DNA of 56,294 bases from a virus (Duplodnaviria; Caudoviricetes). Positions within the stretch are counted from its first letter, which is position 1. Every line of letters starts with the position of its first letter. Shown here piece by piece: positions 8,854-18,365 of the stretch. The stretch is taken from positions 1 through 56,294 of the IMG/VR virus record IMGVR_UViG_3300014903_000004. One strand, written 5' to 3'. Under the pieces are notes generated by a model that saw only the letters and a list, made by a program, of their open reading frames with translations, was not told the origin of the DNA and searched no databases. The position numbers were made by a program, and so were the translations under genes.

Positions 8854-8869
8854 TTACAACTAACCAACA

Positions 8870-9055
8870 TTAATTAACAGTAATATTCACACCAGAAACA
8901 TTATTCAGCCGCAATGGGCTATCAATCTCAATGCGGTTTTCTTTTATTTTGCCTGACTCGTAATAAGTGCGACTCCAACAGCACCCGCCGAGAAGCCAAC
9001 ATGTTAAAATGCAAAATAAGAGCCATAGAGCCGTTTTAATCTTCCTGTGTGTCAT
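8870..9055 (-). CDS. Small lipoprotein (possible o-spanin-like)
   Basis: Basic N-terminus, hydrophobic stretch, LLGGC lipobox-like; last gene of the late operon. Confidence 0.55.
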   Translation of the reverse strand: MTHRKIKTALWLLFCILTCWLLGGCCWSRTYYESGKIKENRIEIDSPLRLNNVSGVNITVN

Positions 9056-9185
9056 TGGGCGGGTTTCCTATCTTATTAGTCTTATCGTCTTTCTCTGTGC
9101 TTTATTCAAGCGAATTTATCTTGTATATTATATCCGTTTGAATGTGCTATATACTGAATTGTTCTTTTAGAGTTAGTTTCAATTC

Positions 9186-9620
9186 TTAATTTGAGCCTTC
9201 TTCTTTTTTAAAGAACGCTGATTTTCCGTACCTTCTGCACATTCTGTATAAAAAACGAGCCCTTAGTTTAGTTCTAGCAACTGAATCTTTATGCCAGAAT
9301 CTCCAATAACAAAGATTCCCTTTTGTGGCCTCTGATTTTATCTTAAGTTTCATGTTTGAGTAAAGCCTTTTATTCCATGCTTTAAACTCTGACTCAGTTT
9401 TTGGTCTTAGATTATTTTCAACATCATGAATCAAGCAAGCTTCTTCCTGGAACTCAAAGTATTCTGTTACCTTGTCCCGATATTTTTCAGGCATCCACTC
9501 CGGGCCTATACCATTATATTCCTCTTCAAGTTTTACCTCATTCATTGTCCAAAACATAGGCAAAGCGTTCATACAGTATGCTTTAGCGGCAATTCTCAAG
9601 TCTATAACATGCATATTCAA
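9186..9620 (-). CDS. Phospholipase A2-like/DUF1353-like helical protein
   Basis: YNGIGP...EACLIHD motif. Confidence 0.55.
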   Translation of the reverse strand: MNMHVIDLRIAAKAYCMNALPMFWTMNEVKLEEEYNGIGPEWMPEKYRDKVTEYFEFQEEACLIHDVENNLRPKTESEFKAWNKRLYSNMKLKIKSEATKGNLCYWRFWHKDSVARTKLRARFLYRMCRRYGKSAFFKKEEGSN

Positions 9621-11605
9621 AACCTCTCAATATTAGGCAACGCAAAAAGATTAATTTCTTCTGTCTGCTTTGGTACTTGAGCTTTGCGTCGAACTCCGCC
9701 GCCGGAATCAAATACATAATACTGATCACCAACCATACTGTCAGTGTCCGGGATGGAAAAGCTTATTTTCCCGCTTGTATCTGGCGCGAAAGATAAATTT
9801 TCGGACTGCATATCAGAATCTTTGTACTGAACCGATTCGTTGACAAGGCGAATTTTAAGAACTACGTTTTCGGTTGGCGCGTTCAAATCGTTAGCGTAGA
9901 CAAAGATTGGAGTTCTGTCTATCTGTGTTGCGGCGGTGAACTCTTTTGTGTTCGGTGTTTCCGCGCTCTCTGGATTAATACCATCGGCAGCTACACGGAA
10001 CCTTATGTCGCCCGGATCGTAAGACGTATATGTATCGTAGGTTACTAAGTACGGCGATACGGCATCTGTCCACGTTGTCTCAGCTTTTAACTGAACTTGC
10101 AGCCCTGTTGCTGGTGTCAGTGTGATTGTGTTCGTGTCGTTGTCCTCTCCACCTTCTGGAATTACTGGCGCGTCTGGTGTAGCGGGTGTGTTGATTAAAT
10201 TGTAGGGATCAATTTCATTGAACAATCCATCAATCTCGGCAACCGTTAAAGCGTGGTTATGTATTCTTGATTTTGCAAGTTCAACTCCTTTGTTTGGCGC
10301 AAGCTCAACGCCTCCGTTGTAAGTATTACCAACTCCCCATCTGAAAGGGTCGTGTGATTTTCTGACAGAGAAACTAGGTGTTTCGGAAATCAGCAAAACA
10401 TTATCAACGTATAGCTTTATTTCTGTATCGTTTGAGGTTTCAACAACGTGAATCCATCGACCCTTATATGCCGTAGTTGACACCGCTGAGTAATACTGGT
10501 AGCTATCAGCACCATTCAATCCATTCAATCCAAAATTAAAGCCAAGACGCATCGAGTGACCACTTGAAGTTGTAACGGAAGCCATTAACGCTTCATCTCC
10601 CCAAATAGCACACGTTCCACCATTCCAATCAGAAGGAATCCAAACCCAAGAAGATACACTCCAACAAGGGTGCTTTATAGGGTTGTCTACAGACTCAACG
10701 TATGCCGTCTCTGCTGTAACTAATTGGTCTTGTCTGTCAACAAGTGTCCCTGCTTCAAATGTCGGTGAGCCTATAAGGTTGTATAAAGTCTCTTTTTCTA
10801 CTTCGTTTACCGCATCACCGTTCCAACGCTGATATGTAGTTGCGTTGTCAATGTCAATAACTTCCGTGTAGATTGTATCACGGTAAATATTGATACTTTC
10901 GCCACTTATATATTCAGCAAGATTAAAACCAATATCATTTTGGCCTAATTGATTATAATGAACATTATCAAGCATCCATCCAAGTTCTGTAAAGTCTTTT
11001 GCTCTGTCATAATAAACTTGAATCTTAGGACGTAAAACAGAGGCATCTGTTTGGGCTTGTCGTATATCAGCCCATCCACCAGACTGGGAACCGTCTTTAG
11101 CTTCTCCAAGTTCTGTTATGTACATATTATCCAGATTAAATTCAGCAACAAAGTAATCATGTAGAACAACCAAAGCGTCTCTATAGTCTGAGGTTGGTTG
11201 ACCCACGTCCTGCTCACCCTGCATCCAAAGCATATCAATCCCAACGACATTATACAATGAGTTCAGCGAGAACATAGAAAGCGTGTCGTTTACTAAATCA
11301 ACCAACTCACCTCTCAGATTACCCGCAGGACTCCATTCTTTTGTTGGTTGTGTCGGTATTTGAGGGAGTAAAAACGAGCCACCTTCTGTCTTCTTAACTC
11401 GGCAATATTTATCTGTGCTAAGTTCTGCTAATCCATTAGCAAATGAATTGTACATCGACTTATCTGTAATAAGTGAATAGTCTTGAAGTAATACACCATT
11501 ATAGTCAAGTGATACCCCAACATCAACAGCGGGACATCCTACAACACCTTGCCCGTCTGCATTGCTTTGGCCTGCTAGTATGAATAGTCGTATATCTGTT
11601 GCCAT
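9617..11605 (-). CDS. SGNH sialate O-acetylesterase (SASA) domain plus LamG/ConA-like lectin domain protein
   Basis: LAGQSNA, WMQGEQD, DNVHYN; then WIHVV...LYVDN...SRIHNHALT.AEI. Confidence 0.85.
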   Translation of the reverse strand: MATDIRLFILAGQSNADGQGVVGCPAVDVGVSLDYNGVLLQDYSLITDKSMYNSFANGLAELSTDKYCRVKKTEGGSFLLPQIPTQPTKEWSPAGNLRGELVDLVNDTLSMFSLNSLYNVVGIDMLWMQGEQDVGQPTSDYRDALVVLHDYFVAEFNLDNMYITELGEAKDGSQSGGWADIRQAQTDASVLRPKIQVYYDRAKDFTELGWMLDNVHYNQLGQNDIGFNLAEYISGESINIYRDTIYTEVIDIDNATTYQRWNGDAVNEVEKETLYNLIGSPTFEAGTLVDRQDQLVTAETAYVESVDNPIKHPCWSVSSWVWIPSDWNGGTCAIWGDEALMASVTTSSGHSMRLGFNFGLNGLNGADSYQYYSAVSTTAYKGRWIHVVETSNDTEIKLYVDNVLLISETPSFSVRKSHDPFRWGVGNTYNGGVELAPNKGVELAKSRIHNHALTVAEIDGLFNEIDPYNLINTPATPDAPVIPEGGEDNDTNTITLTPATGLQVQLKAETTWTDAVSPYLVTYDTYTSYDPGDIRFRVAADGINPESAETPNTKEFTAATQIDRTPIFVYANDLNAPTENVVLKIRLVNESVQYKDSDMQSENLSFAPDTSGKISFSIPDTDSMVGDQYYVFDSGGGVRRKAQVPKQTEEINLFALPNIERF

Positions 11606-11668
11606 TTTATACCTCGTGTGTTTTTAAATATTTGATAGAACGCACCGTGTAGATGCGCTCGACAAGTA

Positions 11669-12940
11669 TTACTGAACTCTAATAGTCACAAACTTTCCGG
11701 TAAAATTAGAATCGTTCGATATGTTTTGAACCTGTATTCGCACAAGATCATTTGTCACCAATGGGATGTCAGACAATAAGGCCGTAGAAGACATTGTGCC
11801 GGAGATCTCATTTGCACTCAGTATAGATATTGGGGCGAGAGGAACACCATTTTTAACAGCTCTGAATTGGTACTCAGAAGCACCTCCAGAACCAAATCCG
11901 GATATGGTACAGAACAAGGCCCCCTCAAAATCTTCCAATCCATCATACCGCAATTCACCAGTGGTGGTATTTGTTAGGGTGAATCGTTCATTGCTACTCG
12001 TCACAACAGCTAAGGCGTCGAAATTGAAATCCGTCCACTCGGTTGGGTCTGCTATTGATGTTGCCTGTGTGTTATTCTGAACAGTTATGGAGCCTATAGC
12101 TTTACTATTTGGCACTCCGCCAATGTTAAGCACCCCCACACCTGGCACTGTTTGATCCTTCCCGCCTGCTGCAAAAAACGATCCGCCTTGATCCGTAAAA
12201 GCCCCCGAGGTCATAGATACAAGCCCCGTATATCCAGAGTCAATATCCCATATGGATTCCGTTGGTTGAGCTTCGCATTCAATGCCGTCACTAACGATCC
12301 TCTGTCCTGTACCGCTGATTCTGAAAGCCACACCATTTGAGTTAGTTCCCCCGCTCCATTGTGGTCGTTGGTATGTCTGTACATTAACATTAGTTATTGT
12401 CGCGCCGTCGTCACAACCGGAAAATCCAAACGTATTCATTGTTAAAAATGCCGAATCTGTTATTGTGAGCGGTTTTGTAACAGCTAAAAACAACACAAAA
12501 TCCATAGCCAACGTATTGCCATTTGCAAAATTAATTATATTTGTAACTGTAGAAGACGCAAAGAATAAGTTCTCAATCTGGAGCCAAGTTCCAGCGTTCC
12601 CTAGATTGTCTATAAAATTACCTGTACCGGTAGCGGTCAGCGTTGTGTTTGCCTGAACACCTCTGAATAAATAACTACCGCCGACATCTATTAACTTTAT
12701 GTTGTTTGGAAACGTTTGATTTCCAACATATTCATATGTTCCGCTTGACAACTCATAAAATCCACCAACTAGATCTCCAAGATCAGATGGTTCTTTTACT
12801 ATAGTTGTGACCGAGAAATAATCATCTAATTCACCCAGAGTAAAATTATTAGTTTTACCATCAGCTGAATTTGTACCGATTAACTTATCTGCCACACTAA
12901 ATGGTGGAACTTTTGATGCATATGTTGCTATTTTAGACAT
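11669..12940 (-). CDS. Putative tail spike/fibre-like structural protein
   Basis: Gly/Thr/Asn-rich beta composition with a C-terminal jelly-roll-like segment; late operon. Confidence 0.55.
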   Translation of the reverse strand: MSKIATYASKVPPFSVADKLIGTNSADGKTNNFTLGELDDYFSVTTIVKEPSDLGDLVGGFYELSSGTYEYVGNQTFPNNIKLIDVGGSYLFRGVQANTTLTATGTGNFIDNLGNAGTWLQIENLFFASSTVTNIINFANGNTLAMDFVLFLAVTKPLTITDSAFLTMNTFGFSGCDDGATITNVNVQTYQRPQWSGGTNSNGVAFRISGTGQRIVSDGIECEAQPTESIWDIDSGYTGLVSMTSGAFTDQGGSFFAAGGKDQTVPGVGVLNIGGVPNSKAIGSITVQNNTQATSIADPTEWTDFNFDALAVVTSSNERFTLTNTTTGELRYDGLEDFEGALFCTISGFGSGGASEYQFRAVKNGVPLAPISILSANEISGTMSSTALLSDIPLVTNDLVRIQVQNISNDSNFTGKFVTIRVQ

Positions 12941-12953
12941 TTTAAAATCTCCG

Positions 12954-13097
12954 CTATGGTGTTGTGTCGTCTGTTATGTCACTTCCTAAATCATCCTGTA
13001 AAACATCACCTAAATTATCTTGTAAATCAAAAGATTTAGGTAGTGAATTCACATATACATCATCGTTATCAAAAATATCTATTCCTGAATTTTGCAT
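12954..13097 (-). CDS. 47-aa acidic hypothetical protein
   Basis: AAGGTG SD; MQNSGIDIFDNDD...; fills the gap between neighbours. Confidence 0.5.
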   Translation of the reverse strand: MQNSGIDIFDNDDVYVNSLPKSFDLQDNLGDVLQDDLGSDITDDTTP

Positions 13098-13106
13098 AAT
13101 GTCACC

Positions 13107-13382
13107 TTACCACAAGCAAAGCAAATCTGCCGATGTTGTATCTAAAATCGTTGATAGCCTTATTGGGTATTTTATATTAGCCAAAACAGAAGTAGTCAAC
13201 GAACTCCCGTTTGGACTAGTATAATTTACCGTCCCGTCACTTTGAGCTATAAAGAATCGGCAAGGATTATCGGCAAAATCATATAGCGTTGATGATGTTG
13301 TATTTAATCCGTCTTCAGCTGGCGAACTCTTACCAATTCCGTAAGAATTAAAATCTGGTGCGTTTGTTGGCGTATCGCTCAT
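13107..13382 (-). CDS. Hypothetical small virion protein
   Basis: GGAG SD; YPIRLSTILDTTSADLLCLW C-terminus. Confidence 0.6.
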   Translation of the reverse strand: MSDTPTNAPDFNSYGIGKSSPAEDGLNTTSSTLYDFADNPCRFFIAQSDGTVNYTSPNGSSLTTSVLANIKYPIRLSTILDTTSADLLCLW

Positions 13383-13392
13383 AATATTCTCC

Positions 13393-13839
13393 CTATTTTT
13401 TAGCTATTTCAACTTTTATTTCGTTCATACCGTCTGTTAATAGATCTAATTTCTCAAAAATCTTTGTTGTATTTTTCTCGTGGTGATCTTTAAACTCTTT
13501 CAACACAAAGATATCTCCTTTGTTTTTGGATACATCCTTTGCTAAATCCCTCAGTCTACCGTTATCAAGTTGGTAGTCAATTCTGATATTTTCCATTGCT
13601 CCAGCTAACTTCTCTCTCTCTAAGCCCTCGATTTTTATTTTTAGCTCTGTTTTTTCATCTGACTCTTTGTTTGCTTCTTTAATTTTTTTCTCAATGTGCT
13701 CTTCGTTTTTCTTTGCCGACTCTTCATTTTGCTTTCGGTTGTTTTTGAATGTGAGTATAACCCCAAGAACTGCAACAACAGCAGTTATAATCATTACAAT
13801 GAAGCCTATATCAACGGTCGTTTTGTCTGTCATTCTCAT
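13393..13839 (-). CDS. Single-TM coiled-coil protein (holin-like)
   Basis: N-terminal TM helix followed by a charged coiled coil. Confidence 0.55.
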   Translation of the reverse strand: MRMTDKTTVDIGFIVMIITAVVAVLGVILTFKNNRKQNEESAKKNEEHIEKKIKEANKESDEKTELKIKIEGLEREKLAGAMENIRIDYQLDNGRLRDLAKDVSKNKGDIFVLKEFKDHHEKNTTKIFEKLDLLTDGMNEIKVEIAKK

Positions 13840-14590
13840 ATCTCATTAATTGTTTAGCAAGTATACACGGAAGAAAGCTTAATATACATGTCACTTTATT
13901 AGGATACAATCTCAAAACAGCATGGCAGCAGTTGCCAAACAATCCCCATTTGGTTCCTTTTTCTGTATCTTCAGGATTAGGAACGTAATACAAAGTTGAT
14001 AGTTTTTCTCTAACGTGTGAATCGCAGAAATCAACCTTCAAGTAATAATGGTGATCTTCTGGTGTATAATCAACTAAGTGAAAGTTTTTCTTTTTCTTGA
14101 AACAATACTGAATTCCATTTGAAACAACCGAAATGCTTGAGAACGTTGCACAGAACCAAGTCCATAAGAACGGCCCAAAGTTCTCGGGTTTTGAAAATAC
14201 GATATAGCATTCATTGTCTGAATATTCATCTTGAGGCATTTCAATTGTTTTAAATGTCCGGTAAAGAATACATGTGCCAAATGTAAGAACTTGGAAGACG
14301 ATAAGAGGAACATACCAAAACCATCTTGGTTCAACTCCGGCAGTCACAAAGCAATTGAATACAGCCCAACAGAAATGCAGAAATGTTATTGTTTTCAACT
14401 TCATGTCTTTGTATGATACAAGCAAGAATACTTGCAGTATGACAATAGTCGTAACAAGAACGCGCATCCATCCATATACTAAATCCAACTGATGATTATG
14501 ATTCACGCCACAGTTTATGTATTCAGGATCAGGCAAGCATTCAGCGCCAATGCTTAAAGCGAAGCTAATTATTACCAAGAAGTAAATCAC
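13811..14590 (-). CDS. Multi-TM membrane protein with a soluble C-terminal domain
   Basis: About four hydrophobic segments; C-terminal KWGLFGNCCH. Confidence 0.65.
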   Translation of the reverse strand: MIYFLVIISFALSIGAECLPDPEYINCGVNHNHQLDLVYGWMRVLVTTIVILQVFLLVSYKDMKLKTITFLHFCWAVFNCFVTAGVEPRWFWYVPLIVFQVLTFGTCILYRTFKTIEMPQDEYSDNECYIVFSKPENFGPFLWTWFCATFSSISVVSNGIQYCFKKKKNFHLVDYTPEDHHYYLKVDFCDSHVREKLSTLYYVPNPEDTEKGTKWGLFGNCCHAVLRLYPNKVTCILSFLPCILAKQLMRYENDRQNDR

Positions 14591-14709
14591 TTTTTAGGTT
14601 TTGCTCTCCTTGCAGCGCGAGCGCGTCCAATTCTAACGGCATTCCCCGATACTTTAGTGCTAGGCTTTCCGCACCCTTTCATCGGCGTTGGTTTTTTTGC
14701 GATTGGCAT
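14587..14709 (-). CDS. 40-aa highly basic peptide
   Basis: GGAGGT SD; MPIAKKPTPMKGCGKPSTKVSGNAVRIGRARAARRAKPKK; stop overlaps the next start (GTGA). Confidence 0.6.
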   Translation of the reverse strand: MPIAKKPTPMKGCGKPSTKVSGNAVRIGRARAARRAKPKK

Positions 14710-14711
14710 GA

Positions 14712-15437
14712 TTACACCTCCTGTGATGGATTTGTTATCGGTTGAGCGAATACGGCATCGTCGGCAATTGCAGTATCAACTGTATCGTTGTACGCTCCTG
14801 TATCAGTCACATAGTTCTTTTCCTCAAATTGCGCCACAGTAATATTCTCAGTATCACTGTAATCTGCAAGAATTTGATCAACAAGAATTTTAGTGTACTT
14901 GTCAAAAAGCATTTGAGTGGTAAGCGATGTCATTTGCTCGATATCTTCAACGCAGTTAACTGGTATTGTCATGAAGTCATCATCACCGTCACCTGTAACA
15001 ACAACAAGACCATCAGGAAATTTTTGACTGATCACATTTCCATAACGCTGAACCTTATCCGCACCATCTTCGATAACAACGCGGTTTTTATCATTGCACA
15101 GAATGTCAATATCTCCATTCGTACATTTAGCAAGCATCCAGCCGTATTGAATTTCTTTGCGGCGATCTTTGATAGCCGCCTTGTGTGCTTCTTTTGCTAC
15201 TAATCTGCACGCGGCTTCATTTATAACTATAGCGTCTGCTACTCTATGGTATAAGTTTGCGTTCTGGTTGAATACCTCTGCCATATCCTGCTCGATACAA
15301 GTATTATCGACACTCTTATCCTGCCACGACTGTTTTTTATAAGCGTAGTTGTCGTTCGGGAGAGCCCCCACATAATCTGTGCGCATGCAATTGTGAATTA
15401 CATCGTCTGTACTTTTACAAAAGAAACCTATTAACAT
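14712..15437 (-). CDS. Tail-fibre-associated/assembly protein (putative)
   Basis: AGGAG SD; directly downstream of the fibre genes. Confidence 0.5.
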   Translation of the reverse strand: MLIGFFCKSTDDVIHNCMRTDYVGALPNDNYAYKKQSWQDKSVDNTCIEQDMAEVFNQNANLYHRVADAIVINEAACRLVAKEAHKAAIKDRRKEIQYGWMLAKCTNGDIDILCNDKNRVVIEDGADKVQRYGNVISQKFPDGLVVVTGDGDDDFMTIPVNCVEDIEQMTSLTTQMLFDKYTKILVDQILADYSDTENITVAQFEEKNYVTDTGAYNDTVDTAIADDAVFAQPITNPSQEV

Positions 15438-15450
15438 TATACTATCTCCT

Positions 15451-16938
15451 TTAATTAACCGTTAGTGTCCACGGTTGTGATTGTTGTGTTTGTTTTGGCA
15501 CTGATACAATTATCTCACCCTCTATACTATCGTTATTTGACGCGAATAGTGTTATACTGTCAATTAAAGATATAGTGTCACCAAATGACTGGGCTCTCAA
15601 TTCTATCCTGTTTTCTTCCGAAATACTTTTGTTTATTGTTGGCCTATTTTGTCCACTCTTAGGGTATATGTATATTACACCGTGGTTAACTGTAGCCCCA
15701 TCTTGACATATGAATAACTGGCTAACGGTTGATGAGTTAGCGGAAACGCTCCCGCTAATGGCCCTTATAAAAGCACTAGGGTATATGCTTGACCCATCAC
15801 CTATAAGTCTACATAATAAACCAGCCACTCCACTCAGAACACCATTCCATTCTATTTTTATGGCTCCAGGTATCTTATCGCCTTCTATATCGTCAATTGT
15901 TATTCCATTTGCGAACCCGCTGTTAACAGAGTAAGACAAAACGCGCCGCATAGGGACAGGATCAATGGAATAACCCTTACGTCTCTTAAACAATGCAACA
16001 AGCCCTTGGCCTTGAGTGGTTGAAACCTCTATTGATGTTACGTTTGTTATCGTGTCTGGGTTCCAGATACCGAACTCGTCTTGCTGTGTTGCAAATTGGC
16101 TACTGCTTGATTGTACGGATAATCGTTTTTTACCGCTTTTTGCGTATATACGCACAGAACCGTCCTTTAAACTAGCATCATATTGTACTGTTGAATTAGC
16201 TGGAAGAAGGCTCCCACCGTTATTAGATAATCTTTGCTTTATTCTGTTAGATACAGAGTCACCTTGTAGTCTGACGATGTATTCAGTATCGCCAGCTGAG
16301 AACTCACTAAAACACCGCAATACATATTCTTCGTCAACGTCTCCATTTAACCCGGTAAAAATATGTGTCTGGTTGCTTCCATCAAAATAATAAAGTCCAC
16401 CGTCAACCAACTCTACCCCGTTAAGAGAAGACAGTTTCGGTATTTTGTATATTCTAATTATTGTGCCCTCGGTATTTGAAGTTTCAGCCCCAAATAGAAG
16501 CGACTGGAGCTTTGAAACAACATCCTTCCAGTAAAAAGTAGCTTTCCTAACGCGTTCATTCGTGGATATACCATCATTAGAAAATACATCAAAACTTCTC
16601 TCGCTAGCACTTCCTGAACCCGTTATGTGTATTCTAGCAACGCCCTTTCCATTTTGGCGGTGGTAACCTGCCAAAACAAAAGAATAGGTATCATCTATTA
16701 GCGCTGATGCGCTGGTTCCCTCTCCGTCCATCTCATAACGACGCATCGGATTACTAGTCGCATCACTATTCGGCAGCATGCTAATAAAATTAGAGGATAA
16801 GGTACTTTCATCTGCTTCAATCTCAACAAAGTAGTCATTAATGTCATCATCGAGAATAACCCCTGTATTAAGCGGGCTAGTATTGAAATCGGCTGAAGCA
16901 TCAAACTCATAGATTAAAGCGTTTTTTAGGTTATTCAT
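15451..16938 (-). CDS. Receptor-binding/tail fibre distal protein with three related beta modules
   Basis: Ser/Gly-rich; recurring I..K/GSG..R and LFGA/IEVS/ITLFA segments; follows the fibre gene. Confidence 0.55.
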   Translation of the reverse strand: MNNLKNALIYEFDASADFNTSPLNTGVILDDDINDYFVEIEADESTLSSNFISMLPNSDATSNPMRRYEMDGEGTSASALIDDTYSFVLAGYHRQNGKGVARIHITGSGSASERSFDVFSNDGISTNERVRKATFYWKDVVSKLQSLLFGAETSNTEGTIIRIYKIPKLSSLNGVELVDGGLYYFDGSNQTHIFTGLNGDVDEEYVLRCFSEFSAGDTEYIVRLQGDSVSNRIKQRLSNNGGSLLPANSTVQYDASLKDGSVRIYAKSGKKRLSVQSSSSQFATQQDEFGIWNPDTITNVTSIEVSTTQGQGLVALFKRRKGYSIDPVPMRRVLSYSVNSGFANGITIDDIEGDKIPGAIKIEWNGVLSGVAGLLCRLIGDGSSIYPSAFIRAISGSVSANSSTVSQLFICQDGATVNHGVIYIYPKSGQNRPTINKSISEENRIELRAQSFGDTISLIDSITLFASNNDSIEGEIIVSVPKQTQQSQPWTLTVN

Positions 16939-16946
16939 AATACCAC

Positions 16947-17732
16947 CTATCCGTTACCAAATATAATACGTCCTGTTAAAGCGGATTTAGTAACCCTAAC
17001 GATACCCATAGCTTCTGTAAAAGGCTGCGAAATCGTTCCATCTGATACATTTAGATTCATCACCTCACCGTCACCGCCACCACCTACAAATAAAGACGAT
17101 TTGCAGTAGATCCAGAACACTCCTTTATCAGGAAAACCAGCGTCTACAGTGAATGTTTTAATAGCATCAACTGTGTCAGCCAAGTTAAAAAGCTTGTCTT
17201 CGTCTCCTGATTCTACTAGATAATTGTCTGTTTTTTCAATTTCTTCGCTCCATATAGAAGCACCACCATTTCCAAGAACAGCTTTCTTTGCAACGAGCTC
17301 TGCCTTATCTAAGGCGCTGTTTATAACAAATCCATAAAGCGCAGGTACAGAAATATCGCCAGAGTCAAGCGGGTCGACATAGCCGTTTTTTGTTACATCA
17401 AGAAGACCAAGACCGTTGATATTTACTTCTACCGCACCTGTATTCTCTTGTGTAATCAATGCAGAATAAGTCGCTCCAGCTTGGTAAACCGCTGGCTTTC
17501 CTGCGTCAAACGGTGAGCGCGTGGTCAAAATAATTGAATTTGCGGAACCAGATGCAACACAGTCGCGGCCTGCTGTAGCGCCTCTCATGATCGCCTCTCT
17601 AAGTTGAGTCACGTTCGATGCATTCAACGTCTGTCCAGACATTTCTATTGCGTTTTTTTCTTCGTCATTATTCTGATTAAACTCACTTGCAGTCAACTGA
17701 CTTCCTGTGATTTTATTTGGTACATCTGACAT
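16947..17732 (-). CDS. Tail fibre proximal protein (Mu gp49-like N-terminus)
   Basis: LTASEFNQ...E.KNAIE.SGQTL....TQLREAI; NTGAVEVNINGLG; follows gp48-like gene. Confidence 0.75.
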   Translation of the reverse strand: MSDVPNKITGSQLTASEFNQNNDEEKNAIEMSGQTLNASNVTQLREAIMRGATAGRDCVASGSANSIILTTRSPFDAGKPAVYQAGATYSALITQENTGAVEVNINGLGLLDVTKNGYVDPLDSGDISVPALYGFVINSALDKAELVAKKAVLGNGGASIWSEEIEKTDNYLVESGDEDKLFNLADTVDAIKTFTVDAGFPDKGVFWIYCKSSLFVGGGGDGEVMNLNVSDGTISQPFTEAMGIVRVTKSALTGRIIFGNG

Positions 17733-17744
17733 TTTGCAATCCTC

Positions 17745-18365
17745 CTATGATTCGTTTATATAAATTATTCTTACATTCGCAGGCTTTAGTTTGCTAAATA
17801 AACATTTCATTACTGCTGTAGCACTCTCAGCAAAAGTAAACGGAAATGTATACGGAAATCCACCAACTAAAATGCCATCCATATCTACAACCATTGTGAA
17901 TCTAGCCCACTTTAAGTTTTCAAAAAAGTAATAAGGGAAGGTAAAAGGAAACGTCGCCTTGTCCCATCCTGCTATAATTGTTATATCTAATCCAAGTATT
18001 GCCGCTATTGCTACGAATTGCTCATTTGTTGTTGTTCCATTCAGACTAATTTTTAACTTTATAGCTTCAATTCTTTCCTCTATTGTCGTTCCGAATCCAT
18101 CAAGGCAACCGCCTTTTATCCCAAACTCTTGCTCGAACTCATCGATAAGCTTATCCGTTGTTTCAAGCTGAGTCTCACAATAAAGCTCATTTTCTGCCTG
18201 CTCTGTTCTGCTTAATTCAAGTCCAACTGCAATAAGCACATTTCTAAAATTCGTGTCCTCAATATACTTGGCTGTCCACACGTCACCATTCGGCAACTTT
18301 TGCGCCAGTAGATCGGCTTGCTCTTCTCTTGAGTGAACCGTGAATTTATTTACACAAGTGCTCAT
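17745..18365 (-). CDS. Baseplate wedge protein, Mu gp48/YmfQ-like
   Basis: LPNGDVW, LIDEFEQEFG, CLFSKLKPAN. Confidence 0.8.
   Translation of the reverse strand: MSTCVNKFTVHSREEQADLLAQKLPNGDVWTAKYIEDTNFRNVLIAVGLELSRTEQAENELYCETQLETTDKLIDEFEQEFGIKGGCLDGFGTTIEERIEAIKLKISLNGTTTNEQFVAIAAILGLDITIIAGWDKATFPFTFPYYFFENLKWARFTMVVDMDGILVGGFPYTFPFTFAESATAVMKCLFSKLKPANVRIIYINES

Larger units (their letters stand above)
6887..8868 (+). repeat. Dispersed TTCCAACAACCCAA(C)GG gene-boundary repeats
   Basis: Copies at 6887, 7095, 7313, 7877, 8237, 8636, 8854; weaker copies at 6536 and 8413. Confidence 0.65.

Noticed and set aside
5907-8868. CRISPR array or true integron
   Set aside because: Repeats are short and degenerate and are separated by whole genes; no cas gene, integron integrase or attC R/L boxes seen
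9617-17732. Diversity-generating retroelement or invertible tail-fibre cassette
   Set aside because: No reverse transcriptase, invertase or TR/VR repeat pair was recognised
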